64,000 nt of DNA from Planctomycetota bacterium (GCA_046349595.1 JAXMCA010000002.1:102827-166826), one strand, 5' to 3'. Shown: positions 9,340-19,140, counted from the first letter of the stretch. The notes: generated by a model from the sequence alone, not told the origin. Numbers and translations: made by a program.

Positions 9340-9998
9340 GCGTCGTCGGGCTCGGACTTCGCCTCGCGTTCGGCGAGGAGCGCGTCGAGTCCGCCCGATT
9401 GCAGCCGCCGCACGATCCCGGCGAGTCGCAGCACGGCGCGATTGCAGCGCATGCGCACGGTGTTCGGCTCGATCCCGAGTTCGGTGCCGATCTCCACGAA
9501 GGTGCGGCCGTCGAGGCGGTGCGCGTGCACGACGAAGCGCTCGTCGTCGTCGAGGAACTCGAGGCCGATGCGCAGCCAGTCGAGCTCCTCCTTCTGCGAC
9601 GCGACCTCGTGCGGCGAGTCGCTCAGCCGAAGGCTCGGGTCGAGCGACACGTAGCTCTCGCGTGCGAGAAGCGATTCCGGGGTCGCGGCCTTCGCCGGAC
9701 GCCGCGCGATGCGCCGCGCGCCGTCGATCAACATGTTGTCGATCATGCGTGCGACGAGCGCGCGGAACTGGGCACGGCTGGCGACCAGGAAGCGCGGCGC
9801 ATACTCGAGCACGTCGAGCATCAGATCCTGCACGTGGTCGACGGTCTCGGCCATCTCCCGCAGGCGGGCACCGCGTCGCCGACGGATGCGACCGAAGACC
9901 CACTCGCGGTCGCGATCGACCAGCGCGAGCAGCGCGTTGCGATCCCCGGCATGCCAGGCACGCAGGAGGTCGACGGTCTCATGGCCGGAGTTGGTCAC
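9333..9998 (-). CDS. ECF-type RNA polymerase sigma factor (sigma-70 regions 2 and 4)
   Basis: 221 aa. The region-4 HTH is at the C-terminus. Convergent with the kinase, with 7-nt overlapping 3' ends. Confidence 0.7.
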   Translation of the reverse strand: MTNSGHETVDLLRAWHAGDRNALLALVDRDREWVFGRIRRRRGARLREMAETVDHVQDLMLDVLEYAPRFLVASRAQFRALVARMIDNMLIDGARRIARRPAKAATPESLLARESYVSLDPSLRLSDSPHEVASQKEELDWLRIGLEFLDDDERFVVHAHRLDGRTFVEIGTELGIEPNTVRMRCNRAVLRLAGIVRRLQSGGLDALLAEREAKSEPDDAQ

Positions 9999-10120
9999 GG
10001 GTCGGCAGTGTGCATCACGATCGGGAATCCCTCAACTCGCCCGTCCCGGATGCCGTCCCGGTCGACGGCGTCGCCGATGCGGAGGGACCTGCGACGCGGA
10101 GCCGCGCAACCGGTCGACGG

Positions 10121-11230
10121 TCAGTCCGTGTCCGCCTCGCGAACGTGACGCCTGGGTCGAGCGGGTGCCTTGGTGCGCGCCCCCGGCGGCGTGTCGACCT
10201 TTCGCACGACGACACGATCCCGACCGGCGCGCTTGGCGGCGTAGAGCGCCTGGTCGGCGACCTCCTGCAACGCGCGACCGTCGTAGCCGGGAGGCGGGAG
10301 GACCGTGGCGCAGCCGACGCTCACCGTCACCACTCCCGCACGCCGAGGCGATGGATGGGCGATGCGCTGGGCCACGACCGCGTCGCGGATCCGTTGCGCG
10401 ACCAGGGCCGCACCCTTGTCGTCGGTGCCCGGCAGGAGCACGACGAACTCCTCACCGCCGTAGCGCGCGCAGTGGTCGGCCGGTCGATGCACGACCTGCG
10501 ACAGCGCCTCCCCCACCGCAGCGAGAGCCTGGTCCCCGGCGGCGTGACCGAAGGTGTCGTTGAGCGACTTGAAGTCGTCGACGTCGATCATCAACAACGA
10601 GAGGGCGATCCGTTCGCGGGCGGCACGCGCCGTCTCGACCTCGAGCACGCGCTCGTACTCGCGACGGTTCCACAGCCCGGTCAGCGGGTCGTGTCGCACC
10701 AACGTGAGCAGATCGCGGTTGACGCGTGCCAGCAGCTCGCGTTCGCCGCGCAGATCCCGGATGTCCTCGCACAGCACCATGCCCGCGACGGTCGGGTCGC
10801 CGGAGGGCACCGGCATCAGGATCGACGGATTCGCGCGTGATCCTCCGTCCGTCCCCCACAGGATCCGTTCGACGCGGCGGATCACACGTCCCTGCGCGCA
10901 ATGGCGGATCAGGATCTCGCAGCGTCGTCGACGATCGTGCGGCACCAGATCGTGCAGCGGCCGGTCGACGAGTCGCGAGCGGGCCACGCCGCAGAGTCTC
11001 TCCGCCTCGGGATTGGCGTCGACGATGGTGCCGTCGGCATCCAGCACGAGCACGCCGACCGGCGCCTGCGCCACCACCGCCGCGAAACCACGCAGCGCGG
11101 CCTCGGCACCCTCGCGCCGCAGCCGCTCGGCCGCGAGCCGAGCGCGTTCCTCGACGACCTGCGCTTCGAGCTCCGCGACACGGGCAAGAGCAGCATCGAG
11201 TGCGGGATCCGGATCCGCCATCGGCGCCAA
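10121..11230 (-). CDS. PAS-domain diguanylate cyclase (GGDEF)
   Basis: N-terminal coiled-coil/PAS region followed by a GGDEF domain with active-site motif RYGGEEF and the I-site context. Confidence 0.85.
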   Translation of the reverse strand: MAPMADPDPALDAALARVAELEAQVVEERARLAAERLRREGAEAALRGFAAVVAQAPVGVLVLDADGTIVDANPEAERLCGVARSRLVDRPLHDLVPHDRRRRCEILIRHCAQGRVIRRVERILWGTDGGSRANPSILMPVPSGDPTVAGMVLCEDIRDLRGERELLARVNRDLLTLVRHDPLTGLWNRREYERVLEVETARAARERIALSLLMIDVDDFKSLNDTFGHAAGDQALAAVGEALSQVVHRPADHCARYGGEEFVVLLPGTDDKGAALVAQRIRDAVVAQRIAHPSPRRAGVVTVSVGCATVLPPPGYDGRALQEVADQALYAAKRAGRDRVVVRKVDTPPGARTKAPARPRRHVREADTD

Positions 11231-11271
11231 GGATGGCGCGGCGGGCCGTCAGGCGCAAACCGCGTCGGCGC

Positions 11272-12723
11272 TCAGGCGAGGATGTCCCACAGCGGATCGG
11301 CACCCTGCACACCGACGAGCTTGCGATCGAGCCCGGCGTAGAAGTAGCTCAACCGGTTCGGGTCGAGACCCATCAGGTAGAGCGCCGTCGCGTGCAGGTG
11401 CTTCACGTGCGTCGGGTCGTCGACCGCCGCATTGCCCAGTTCGTCGGTGGTGCCGTACGAGGTGCCGCCGCGGATGCCGCCGCCGGCGAGCCACATCGTG
11501 AAGCCCGCCGAGTCGTGGTCGCGCCCGGTGCCCTCGGCGTACTCCGCGGTGGGTTGACGACCGAATTCGCCGCCCCAGATCACCAGCGTCTCGTCGAGCA
11601 GTCCGCGCTGCTCGAGGTCCTTCAGCAGACCCGCGATCGGCCGATCGGTCGCGCCCGCATGCCGCGTGTGGTTGAAGACCAGATCGCCGTGCGCATCCCA
11701 GTTGTTGTCGTTGTGGTTGCCGCCGGAGTAGATCTGCACGAAGCGCACGCCGCGTTCGACGAGACGCCGAGCGAGCAGGCACTTGCGCCCGAAGCCCGCG
11801 GTGCGCGGGTCGTCCAGCCCGTACAGCGCCTGCGTTGCCGGTGATTCGCGCGCGAGGTCGACGGCCTCCGGCGCGTGCTCCTGCATCCGATAGGCGAGTT
11901 CGTAGCTGGCGATGCGCGCGGCGAGCTCACTGTCCCCCGGGCGCGTCGCCTCGTGCGCGGTGTTCATCTCGCCAATCGTGTCGAGCAGGCGGCGCTGCAT
12001 CCTGCGAGTGATCCCCTCGGGCGAGGCGAGGTCGAGGATCGGCACGCCCTTCGGACGCAGCACGACGCCCTGGAACGCGGCGGGCATGTATCCGGAACTC
12101 CAGTTCTTCGCACCCGAGATCGGTCCACCGGTGTCGTCGAGCATCACCACGAAGCCCGGCAGGTTCTCGTTGACGGTGCCGAGTCCGTAGTTGGTCCAGC
12201 TCCCGAGGCAGGGCGCGCCGCTGAGCAGGCTGCCCGAGTTCATCATCAGCATCGCCGAGCCGTGCAACGGCGACTCCGCGTACATCGAATGCACGAAGGC
12301 CATGCGGTCGACGCACTGCGCGAGGTTCGGGAACAGGTCCGACACCCACTTCCCGCTCTGTCCGTACTGCTTGAACTTCCACTTCGGGCCGACCACGCGC
12401 CCCTGCGACTTGCTCCCGCCACGACCCTTGGTGCGGATGTCGATGGTCTTGCCGTCGAGCGGGTAGAGCTTCGGCTTGTAGTCGAAGGTGTCCACCTGGC
12501 TCGGGCCGCCGTACATGAACAGGAAGATGCAGGCCTTCGCCTTGGGACGGTGATGCGGCTCCTTCGCGCGCAGCGGGTTGCCGTCGGGTCCGCCGTGACT
12601 CGAGAAGAAGCCGTCGCGGCCGAGCAGTTCGACCAGCGGCAGGCTGGCGAATCCTCCTCCGGCCTGCCACAGGAACTCGCGTCGCGTGCGTCCACAGAAG
12701 TTCTTGCGTGGTGTGTCGCTCAT
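11272..12723 (-). CDS. DUF1501 domain protein (sulfatase-like, Tat-secreted)
   Basis: A twin-arginine-like N-terminus (RTRREFLWQAGGGFA) and DUF1501 conserved blocks. Canonical partner of the upstream DUF1553 protein. Confidence 0.8.
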   Translation of the reverse strand: MSDTPRKNFCGRTRREFLWQAGGGFASLPLVELLGRDGFFSSHGGPDGNPLRAKEPHHRPKAKACIFLFMYGGPSQVDTFDYKPKLYPLDGKTIDIRTKGRGGSKSQGRVVGPKWKFKQYGQSGKWVSDLFPNLAQCVDRMAFVHSMYAESPLHGSAMLMMNSGSLLSGAPCLGSWTNYGLGTVNENLPGFVVMLDDTGGPISGAKNWSSGYMPAAFQGVVLRPKGVPILDLASPEGITRRMQRRLLDTIGEMNTAHEATRPGDSELAARIASYELAYRMQEHAPEAVDLARESPATQALYGLDDPRTAGFGRKCLLARRLVERGVRFVQIYSGGNHNDNNWDAHGDLVFNHTRHAGATDRPIAGLLKDLEQRGLLDETLVIWGGEFGRQPTAEYAEGTGRDHDSAGFTMWLAGGGIRGGTSYGTTDELGNAAVDDPTHVKHLHATALYLMGLDPNRLSYFYAGLDRKLVGVQGADPLWDILA

Positions 12724-12736
12724 CGCTGCGGCCCGA

Positions 12737-15463
12737 TCAGTCGAGGTAGACGAATTCGCTCAGGTTCAGCATCGCGAGGCAGCACAGGCGCAGCGCCTCG
12801 TCGTCCGGAGTGCGGTGCTCCTGCACCAGGTCGCCGTGCAACCGCGTGAGCGACGCGAGGTCGTGCTCGGTCGCCGGCCGCTGCGTGACCAGTTCGACAC
12901 CGCGTGCCAGTCGCGAGCGCAGATCGCCGCGCTCGGACGCGATCCGCTTCGCGAAACGCTCGGCCGTCGCATTGACGATCTCGCTGTTGAGCATGGTCAA
13001 CGCCTGCGTCGGCAGGGTCGTGACGAAGCGCACCGGACAGGTCGCGTCGGTGTCGGCGAGGTCGAAGGTCTGCAGCAGCGGCATCAGCAGCGACCGCTTC
13101 GCGTGCACGTAGATCGAACGACGCGCCGCCTGCTCCGGGGTCGAACGCCCCCACGCCTCGTCGGGCCGCGACGACGTCGCGAGCACCTCCGCGGGCATCG
13201 GCGGATAGACACCGGGCCCGCCCTTCTCGAGGTTCAGCGAACCGTCGACGGCGAGCATCGAGTCCCGAAGCTCCTCGGCGGTGAGGCGCCGCCGCTCGAA
13301 GCGCCAGAACAGGTCGTTGCGCGGGTCCTTCTCGAAGGCCGCCTCGTGCCAGTCCGACGCCATGCGGTACGTGCTCGACGTCATCAGCAACCGGTGGACG
13401 TCCTTGAGCCGTCCCCCGCGCGCCACGATCTCGCTGGCGAGCCAGTCGAGCAGTTCGGGATGCGTGGGTTCGTCGCCGAGCTTCCCGAAGTCGTTCGGCG
13501 AGCGCACGATCCCGCGGCCGAAGTGGTACTGCCACAGGCGGTTCGCCAGCACGCGCCAGGTGCGCGGATGGTCCGGCGCGAGCAGCCAGTTCGCGAAGGC
13601 GAGGCGTCGGCCGGAGGTCGCCGCTCCCTGCGGGGCGAGGATCGCGGCGTCACCACCACCGAGCACGTCGGGGAAGCCGCACACCACGGCATCGCCGTTC
13701 TGGTGCGCATTGCCACGCGGATGCACGAAGCTCGGCGCGATCTGCGATCCCAGCTCCTGCGCGCACAGCACCTCGACCTTCTGCTGCGTCGGTTGGGCGA
13801 GTTGCATCACGCGGGCGACCGCCGCGCGGTAGCGCTCCGCCTCGGGTCGCCCGACCTTCGCCTCGACCACCGCGTCGAGTCCCGGGCCGAAGCCCTCGCC
13901 CTCGTAGAGTTCGAGCACCTCGCGCGGCGACAGGACACGGTCGTAGACGCGCGGGTCGTCGAGATCGCCGCGGTAGACGCCGCGACCGATCTGGATGCGA
14001 CCGAGGGTGAGGCTCTTCGGGGCGGTCAGCGCCTGCTTGCCGCCCTCGGCCTGCGCGACGAGGACGCCATCGACGTAGAGCGCGAGGTGGCCGCTGTGTC
14101 GCTCGCGCGTGAATGCGGTGTGATGCCATCGCCCATCGGCGTTGCCGTCCCCGGAGGCGACGAAGGTGTCGGGATTGCCGACTCCCGCCGCGACGTGTCC
14201 GCCGATCAGCGACAGCCCGAAGTCGTCGACGACTCCTTCGACCTCGCCGTCGATGAGGCCGCTGCCGAGGTACCACTGCAGCGCGTTCGGGTCGCCCATG
14301 CCTGGCTTGTCGGTACGGAACCACACGGCGAGCGTGAAGTCGTCCTGCACGGCACGCGCGACGCGAAGCTCCGGCTTGCGCGGGCCGAAGGCTGCCGCAC
14401 GACCGACCTGTCCGTCGGCGACCTCACCCTCGTCGAAGGTCTCGTGCAGCACGAGACCGCGCGCCGACTCCGCCGACAGTTCCTCACGCGCGGTCGTGCC
14501 AAGACGCGAAAGCGCTTCCCGCGCGAGGTTGCGGGCTTCGTCGACCGCGGCACCGCGCGCGGTCCGCCACGCCTCCATCTCCTTCTGGAAATCGGCATGG
14601 CCGAGGTCGGTCGGCAACAACCTCACGTAGTTGGACTGCGCCGGCGCATTGCCGCCGCCGACCTTGTAGGGCGACAGGCCCTCGAAGAAGGCGAGCAGGC
14701 GGTAGTAGTCGCGCGTCGGGATCGGGTCCTTCTTGTGATCGTGGCAGCGCGCGCAGCCCATCGACATGCCGAGGAACACACGCGAGGTGGTGTCGAGGAC
14801 GTTGTCGTAGTCGTCGTAGACGGCCTGCAGCGGATCGGTCGGCTCATCGTCCCAGATGCCGAGGCGGTAGTAGCCGGTCGCGACCATCGTCTCGAAGGTC
14901 GGATGCTCCACCTCGTCACCGGCGAGCTGCTCGCGCGCGAACTCCGCGAAGGGCTTGTCGGCGTTGAGCGCTTCGACGACCCAGTCGCGGTAGCGCCACG
15001 CGCCGGGCTTCAGACGGTCGCGCTCGAAGCTGTCGGTCTCGGCGAAGCGCACGAGGTCGAGCCAATGGCGACCCCAGGCCTCGCCGTACTGCGGCGACGC
15101 GAGCAGGCGATCGACCAGCCGCTCGTACTTGTCGGCCGCGGTGTCGGCGACGTAGGCCGCGACCTCCTCCGGTGACGGCGGCAGACCCGTCAGGTCATAG
15201 GTCGCCCGGCGGATGAGCACGGCGTCGCCGGCCGTCGCGTTCGGCTGCAGTCCCGCCGCTTCGAGACGCGCGAGGACATAGGCATCGATCGGATTGCGCA
15301 CCCAGCTCGCGTCATGCACCGCGGGGACCGCGGGCCGGGTCAGCCGCGAGTAGGACCACTCGTCGCCGATTCGGGGAGCCGCCCCCGGTGCGAGGAGTGC
15401 CCCTGCACAGGGCAGCAGCAACGCGGCCAGGATCGCGGGGCGCACGAGGTTGTGGGCGAACAC
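12737..15463 (-). CDS. DUF1549/DUF1553/PSD1 domain protein with central LamG-like domain
   Basis: 908 aa with a signal peptide. DUF1549 N-terminus, GCARCHDHKKDPI (DUF1553 signature), a concanavalin/LamG-like insert, and a PSD1 C-terminus. Confidence 0.8.
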   Translation of the reverse strand: MFAHNLVRPAILAALLLPCAGALLAPGAAPRIGDEWSYSRLTRPAVPAVHDASWVRNPIDAYVLARLEAAGLQPNATAGDAVLIRRATYDLTGLPPSPEEVAAYVADTAADKYERLVDRLLASPQYGEAWGRHWLDLVRFAETDSFERDRLKPGAWRYRDWVVEALNADKPFAEFAREQLAGDEVEHPTFETMVATGYYRLGIWDDEPTDPLQAVYDDYDNVLDTTSRVFLGMSMGCARCHDHKKDPIPTRDYYRLLAFFEGLSPYKVGGGNAPAQSNYVRLLPTDLGHADFQKEMEAWRTARGAAVDEARNLAREALSRLGTTAREELSAESARGLVLHETFDEGEVADGQVGRAAAFGPRKPELRVARAVQDDFTLAVWFRTDKPGMGDPNALQWYLGSGLIDGEVEGVVDDFGLSLIGGHVAAGVGNPDTFVASGDGNADGRWHHTAFTRERHSGHLALYVDGVLVAQAEGGKQALTAPKSLTLGRIQIGRGVYRGDLDDPRVYDRVLSPREVLELYEGEGFGPGLDAVVEAKVGRPEAERYRAAVARVMQLAQPTQQKVEVLCAQELGSQIAPSFVHPRGNAHQNGDAVVCGFPDVLGGGDAAILAPQGAATSGRRLAFANWLLAPDHPRTWRVLANRLWQYHFGRGIVRSPNDFGKLGDEPTHPELLDWLASEIVARGGRLKDVHRLLMTSSTYRMASDWHEAAFEKDPRNDLFWRFERRRLTAEELRDSMLAVDGSLNLEKGGPGVYPPMPAEVLATSSRPDEAWGRSTPEQAARRSIYVHAKRSLLMPLLQTFDLADTDATCPVRFVTTLPTQALTMLNSEIVNATAERFAKRIASERGDLRSRLARGVELVTQRPATEHDLASLTRLHGDLVQEHRTPDDEALRLCCLAMLNLSEFVYLD

Positions 15464-15529
15464 GGCGCGAGAGGGTAGCGGCTGCGGGCAGGGCGGTGAA
15501 CCCGAGACGTCGGCGGTCGCCTGCGTCGC

Positions 15530-16222
15530 TCAGTCCTCGGTCGCCGCGCGCTCGAGCAGATCGGCCACCAGGACCGGTCGCACCACCTGCGGGCAATGCC
15601 CGCTGTCGACGAGATGCGGTTCGACGTGCAGCAGCCTGCGCGCGGCACCGGCGCACCAATCCGCCGTGAGGGTGCGGTCACGGGCAGCGACGATCACCGT
15701 GGACGGCACGCGAGGGAGCGCGTCGAGCGGGCAGGGTTCGACCACCACGGCACGCGTGTCCATCGGTTCCATCGTCGCGAGTGCGAAGGGCAGGGTCGCA
15801 GCGGCCGCATCGTGGAACAGGAAGTCGCGGGCGAGCGCCTCACGCTGCACCGGATCCCTCCACCGGGCACCTGCGGCGATCCACTGCGCATGGAACATGC
15901 CGGCGTCTGCGGCGAACTGTTCACGCACGCTGCGTCCGGGCTCGGGGATCACCGCGGCGACGAACACCATGCGCGCGATCTTGGAACGCGCAGCGACGAG
16001 CGGCACGAACACGCCGCACAGCGAATGCGCGACCAGCACCGCACGATGGGTGGTCAGGTGGTCGGTGATCGCCGCGGCGTGGTGTTCGAGCCCGAGTGCG
16101 CCGTCGTCCTTGACGAGCTCCGGCGTGACCACGCGATGCCCGCGCAGACGGAGGATGGCAGCGACGCGCGCCCAGCTCCGTGCGTTCTGCCCGGAACCGT
16201 GGACGAGGACGAACTCGGTCAT
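15530..16222 (-). CDS. Alpha/beta hydrolase fold protein
   Basis: Internal Met (MTEFVLVHGSGQNARSW…) gives 230 aa with the nucleophile elbow HSLCG. The longer ORF-track N-terminus is artefactual. Confidence 0.6.
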   Translation of the reverse strand: MTEFVLVHGSGQNARSWARVAAILRLRGHRVVTPELVKDDGALGLEHHAAAITDHLTTHRAVLVAHSLCGVFVPLVAARSKIARMVFVAAVIPEPGRSVREQFAADAGMFHAQWIAAGARWRDPVQREALARDFLFHDAAAATLPFALATMEPMDTRAVVVEPCPLDALPRVPSTVIVAARDRTLTADWCAGAARRLLHVEPHLVDSGHCPQVVRPVLVADLLERAATED

Positions 16223-16315
16223 GGTGTGGTCCGATGCGGTGGCCGAGCGTCTCGCCCCGCTCCCACCGGCGGAAGGGCGTCGCAAGGGTTCCGCGGTCGA
16301 GTCGCCTCCGGAGGG

Positions 16316-16756
16316 ATGCCGAAGAGGCGTCGCATGCGCGTCCTCGTCACGCTCGCCGTCCTCGCCGTGCTCGGCATGGTCGGCATGGTCGTCCAGCACC
16401 AGTGCACCAAGGTCCGCTCACACGTCGGCAGCGGAGCCGCCGGGCCGAAGATCGAGACGATTTCCGAAGGGGAGCGTGTCGAGGTCGAGAACCACCTCGT
16501 CGACGGCCAATGGACCGTGTTCGAGTTCGGCGCCGACTGGTGAGGCGCCTGCGTCGAACTGGGTCCGCAGTTGGCGGACCTGATCCAGAGCCTGAACGGG
16601 GTCCGACTCCGCCGCATCGAAGTGCCCGACTGGGACTGCCCGGTCGCCGCACAGTGCAACATCCACGCGCTGCCCACGCTGTGGCTCTACGACGGACGCA
16701 ACAAGGTCAGCGCCGACACCGGCGAGGTGCTGCAGCGGCTCGCCGAGCGGCGCTGA
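16316..16756 (+). CDS. Membrane-anchored thioredoxin-fold protein with in-frame UGA (putative selenoprotein, UxxC)
   Basis: ORFs 15596..16543 and 16571..16756 are in the same frame, separated only by TGA 16541-16543. Joint translation gives a complete thioredoxin fold: …WTVFEFGADW-[UGA]-GACVELGPQLADL…IHALPTLWLYDG…. The UGA sits exactly at the first Cys of the WCxxC motif. There is an N-terminal TM anchor (MPKRRRMRVLVTLAVLAVLGMV) and a SECIS-like hairpin 19 nt downstream. Confidence 0.6.
16562..16580 (+). ncRNA. Candidate bacterial SECIS stem-loop (cis element within the CDS)
   Basis: A perfect 7-bp stem (GGUCCGC/GCGGACC) with apical loop AGUUG that contains G-U. The loop lies about 26 nt 3' of the UGA, within the 16-37 nt window typical of bacterial SECIS elements. 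Confidence 0.4.
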
Positions 16757-16780
16757 CGCCGACGGTCATCGCACGGCGGA

Positions 16781-17233
16781 TCACGACGGGATCTCGGCCT
16801 CGACCAGCGAGGCCAGCAGCTCCAGCGACTGCTGCCAGCCCATGTAGCACATCTCGACCGGGATCACTGCAGGCAGTCCTTCCTGCGTGATGCTCACGTC
16901 GGTGCCGCCGATCACCTCGCGCAGCACCACGGTGGTCATCATCGTGCCCGGCAGGTTCGGATCGTCGAACACGTCGGTGTAGCGCAGCTTCAGATTCGGC
17001 ACGAGCTCGACGAACTTGCCGCCGAAGGAGTGCTCCTGCCCGTTGCCGAAGTTGACGAAGGACATGCGGTAGACGCCACCGACACGCGCGTCCATCTCGT
17101 GCATCTGCCCGACGAAGCCGTGGGGCGGCAGCCACTTGCACATCGCCAGCGGATCGAGGAAGGCCCGGTAGATGCGCTCGGCGGGAGCGCGCAGCACGCG
17201 GTGGAGGCGGACGGTGTTGGTGGTCTCTTTCAT
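16781..17233 (-). CDS. SRPBCC / AHSA1-like (activator of Hsp90 ATPase homolog) domain protein
   Basis: 150 aa from the internal Met (MKETTNTVRLHRVLRAPAERIYRAFLDP…). AHSA1/START-like pattern. The upstream part of the track ORF is Arg-rich artefact. Confidence 0.6.
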   Translation of the reverse strand: MKETTNTVRLHRVLRAPAERIYRAFLDPLAMCKWLPPHGFVGQMHEMDARVGGVYRMSFVNFGNGQEHSFGGKFVELVPNLKLRYTDVFDDPNLPGTMMTTVVLREVIGGTDVSITQEGLPAVIPVEMCYMGWQQSLELLASLVEAEIPS

Positions 17234-17291
17234 GGGCGGCTCTCGCGAGGAGGTCCGGCGATCGTCGATCTGCGGCCGGTCGGAGTCGAGC

Positions 17292-17329
17292 GTCTCGAGG
17301 TCCGAGCGGCACGAATCGGACCTCGAGAC
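17292..17329 (-). terminator. Perfect 14-bp stem hairpin (loop 10 nt) downstream of the DUF2071 gene; candidate intrinsic terminator or regulatory palindrome
   Basis: gtctcgaggtccga…tcggacctcgagac. No U-tract, which is common in high-GC genomes. Confidence 0.3.
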
Positions 17330-17397
17330 GAAGTCGTAGGCGTGCTGGCCCGCGTCGGTGACGGCGGCGATCAACGCGACTGGCCGCAATCGGCGTG

Positions 17398-18177
17398 TCA
17401 AGGTCGTCGAGCCGCTGTCGACCACAAGCCGCGATACGCCCAGATGTACTTCGCGCCCTTGGCGCGCACCGCGCTGTCGAGTTCGAGGCCTCCGTCGCGC
17501 CAGGTCTCGTCGACCAGCTCGCTGTACTCGATCGACGGCACGAGCGGCTCGTAGGCGACGTCCTCCTTCACGAGGTCGACCTTGGTGAGCACGCCGGGCT
17601 GCAGGGAAGGTCCGTAGCTGGACACGCCCGCCTTGATGAATGCGGCGAAGTCGTCGACCGATCCGAAGACCTTCGAGTCCATGCGTCCGTCGGCACGCGG
17701 GCGACAGGACGCCGAGAACAACGCGGAGCCGTCGGCGTACGACATCTGCACGTGGGTCTCCCCGTCGGGTTCGTGGCCGATGGCCGCCTTGATGACCGGA
17801 ATGGTGTCGTGCAGCACCCAGGGTCCGAGGATCGAGATCAGCGGAAGATCGGCCCAGCGGTCGGTGACGTAGACCGAGGGCTCCGGCGGATCGACCGAGG
17901 TGTCGAGCACGCCGATGCGGTACGCACAGGAGATCGTGCTGAAGCGCAGCAGCGGCGGGATCGGAGCGATCGTCAGGCGATCCAGCCAGAGGATGCAGAA
18001 CGAGACCGCGCTCCACCCATTGACCACCTGAGGCTCGAGCCAGGGCGCCGGCAGGCGCTTCTTCAGCTCCGCCGGTGGCATGCGGTAGTTGAAGATGTAG
18101 CGCTCGACCATCTGCGCCTTCACGGTGCGGAACCAGGGGAAGCTGCGGACCTTGGACTTGTCACTCGCGCTCGCCAT
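17398..18177 (-). CDS. DUF2071 family protein (acetoacetate decarboxylase-like fold)
   Basis: Internal Met (MASASDKSKVRSFPWFRTVKAQMVERYIFNYRMPPAELKKRLP…). Pattern typical of DUF2071. Confidence 0.5.
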   Translation of the reverse strand: MASASDKSKVRSFPWFRTVKAQMVERYIFNYRMPPAELKKRLPAPWLEPQVVNGWSAVSFCILWLDRLTIAPIPPLLRFSTISCAYRIGVLDTSVDPPEPSVYVTDRWADLPLISILGPWVLHDTIPVIKAAIGHEPDGETHVQMSYADGSALFSASCRPRADGRMDSKVFGSVDDFAAFIKAGVSSYGPSLQPGVLTKVDLVKEDVAYEPLVPSIEYSELVDETWRDGGLELDSAVRAKGAKYIWAYRGLWSTAARRP

Positions 18178-18387
18178 CGGCGGACTCCTTCTCTTCTCCT
18201 TCTTCGGATGCGCCGCGACGGCGACGCTCCGGATCGGCGCGCAGAGGCTATCGCCGAGCGCGGTGGTACACCCGAGGCATGCCTCCCCAGACCAAGGTTC
18301 GCTGCCCCACCCGCGCCGCGCGAACCCGGAATCCCACGTCAGGTCGAGCTGCGACGACACCACGAATCGGGCGCCCGCAGGCCGACG

Positions 18388-19140
18388 TCAGCGCGCTGCC
18401 GCCCGCGGACCCACCGCGGAACGACGGGGAGCCGAAGCGCCCGCGATGGCCGGGCCTCGCTGCGCATACAGCTCCGCGACGACCGGGCGAACCTGCGCCG
18501 TCCAGCGCGCATAACCGTCGGCATTGAGGTGGAGACCGTCGGCGCCGAACCAGCGCGGGTCCGGCCGACCCGAGCGGTCGAGCAGGCCGCTCGCGGTGTC
18601 GACGAAATGAAGGCTCGGGTCCGCAGCGCAACGCGCGGCGATGCGCGCGTTGGCGTCCTCAACGATCGCGAGATGTCGCGCGCGGCTGGGCGTGGGACTG
18701 ATCGCGACGTAGACCAGCGGTGCATCGCAGCCGAGGGCGCGCAGTCGCGTCACCAATTCGTCGAAGCGCTGCGCCACCCACTCGCCCGAGCGCGGTGCAT
18801 CGCCGGCGATGTCATTGGTGCCGGCGAAGACGACCATGACCGACGGCTCACGGCAGGTGACCAGACGATCGAGCCAGTAGAGGCTGTCGAAGATGCGCGA
18901 GCCGCCGAAGCCGCAGTTCAGCACCGGCATCGGCGCCATGTCGCTGGCGAGTGTGGACCACAGTCGGATGCTCGAGCTGCCGACGAAGACGATCGGATGC
19001 GCGGCGGGCGAGGGCTGTCGTGCCAGGGCGTCGACGTCCTTCTGCCACTGCAAGGGGTTCTCGCCGGCAGGGATGGCGAGCGGCTCCGGAGCAGCGGCGC
19101 AGGCGGCGAGCAGGGCGAGCGGAAGGAGGGCGACACGCAT
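18388..19140 (-). CDS. SGNH/GDSL-family hydrolase, secreted
   Basis: Signal peptide, block I (VFVGSSSI, a variant of GDSxx), and DGLHLNADGY (block V, DxxH). Confidence 0.65.
   Translation of the reverse strand: MRVALLPLALLAACAAAPEPLAIPAGENPLQWQKDVDALARQPSPAAHPIVFVGSSSIRLWSTLASDMAPMPVLNCGFGGSRIFDSLYWLDRLVTCREPSVMVVFAGTNDIAGDAPRSGEWVAQRFDELVTRLRALGCDAPLVYVAISPTPSRARHLAIVEDANARIAARCAADPSLHFVDTASGLLDRSGRPDPRWFGADGLHLNADGYARWTAQVRPVVAELYAQRGPAIAGASAPRRSAVGPRAAAR

Noticed and set aside
15596-16315. Long N-terminal extension of the selenoprotein ORF (15596-16315) overlapping the alpha/beta hydrolase gene on the other strand
   Set aside because: The extension is Arg/His/Gly-rich artefact-like sequence. 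A Met with an RBS (ggaggg) at 16316 followed by a TM anchor gives a sensible start.
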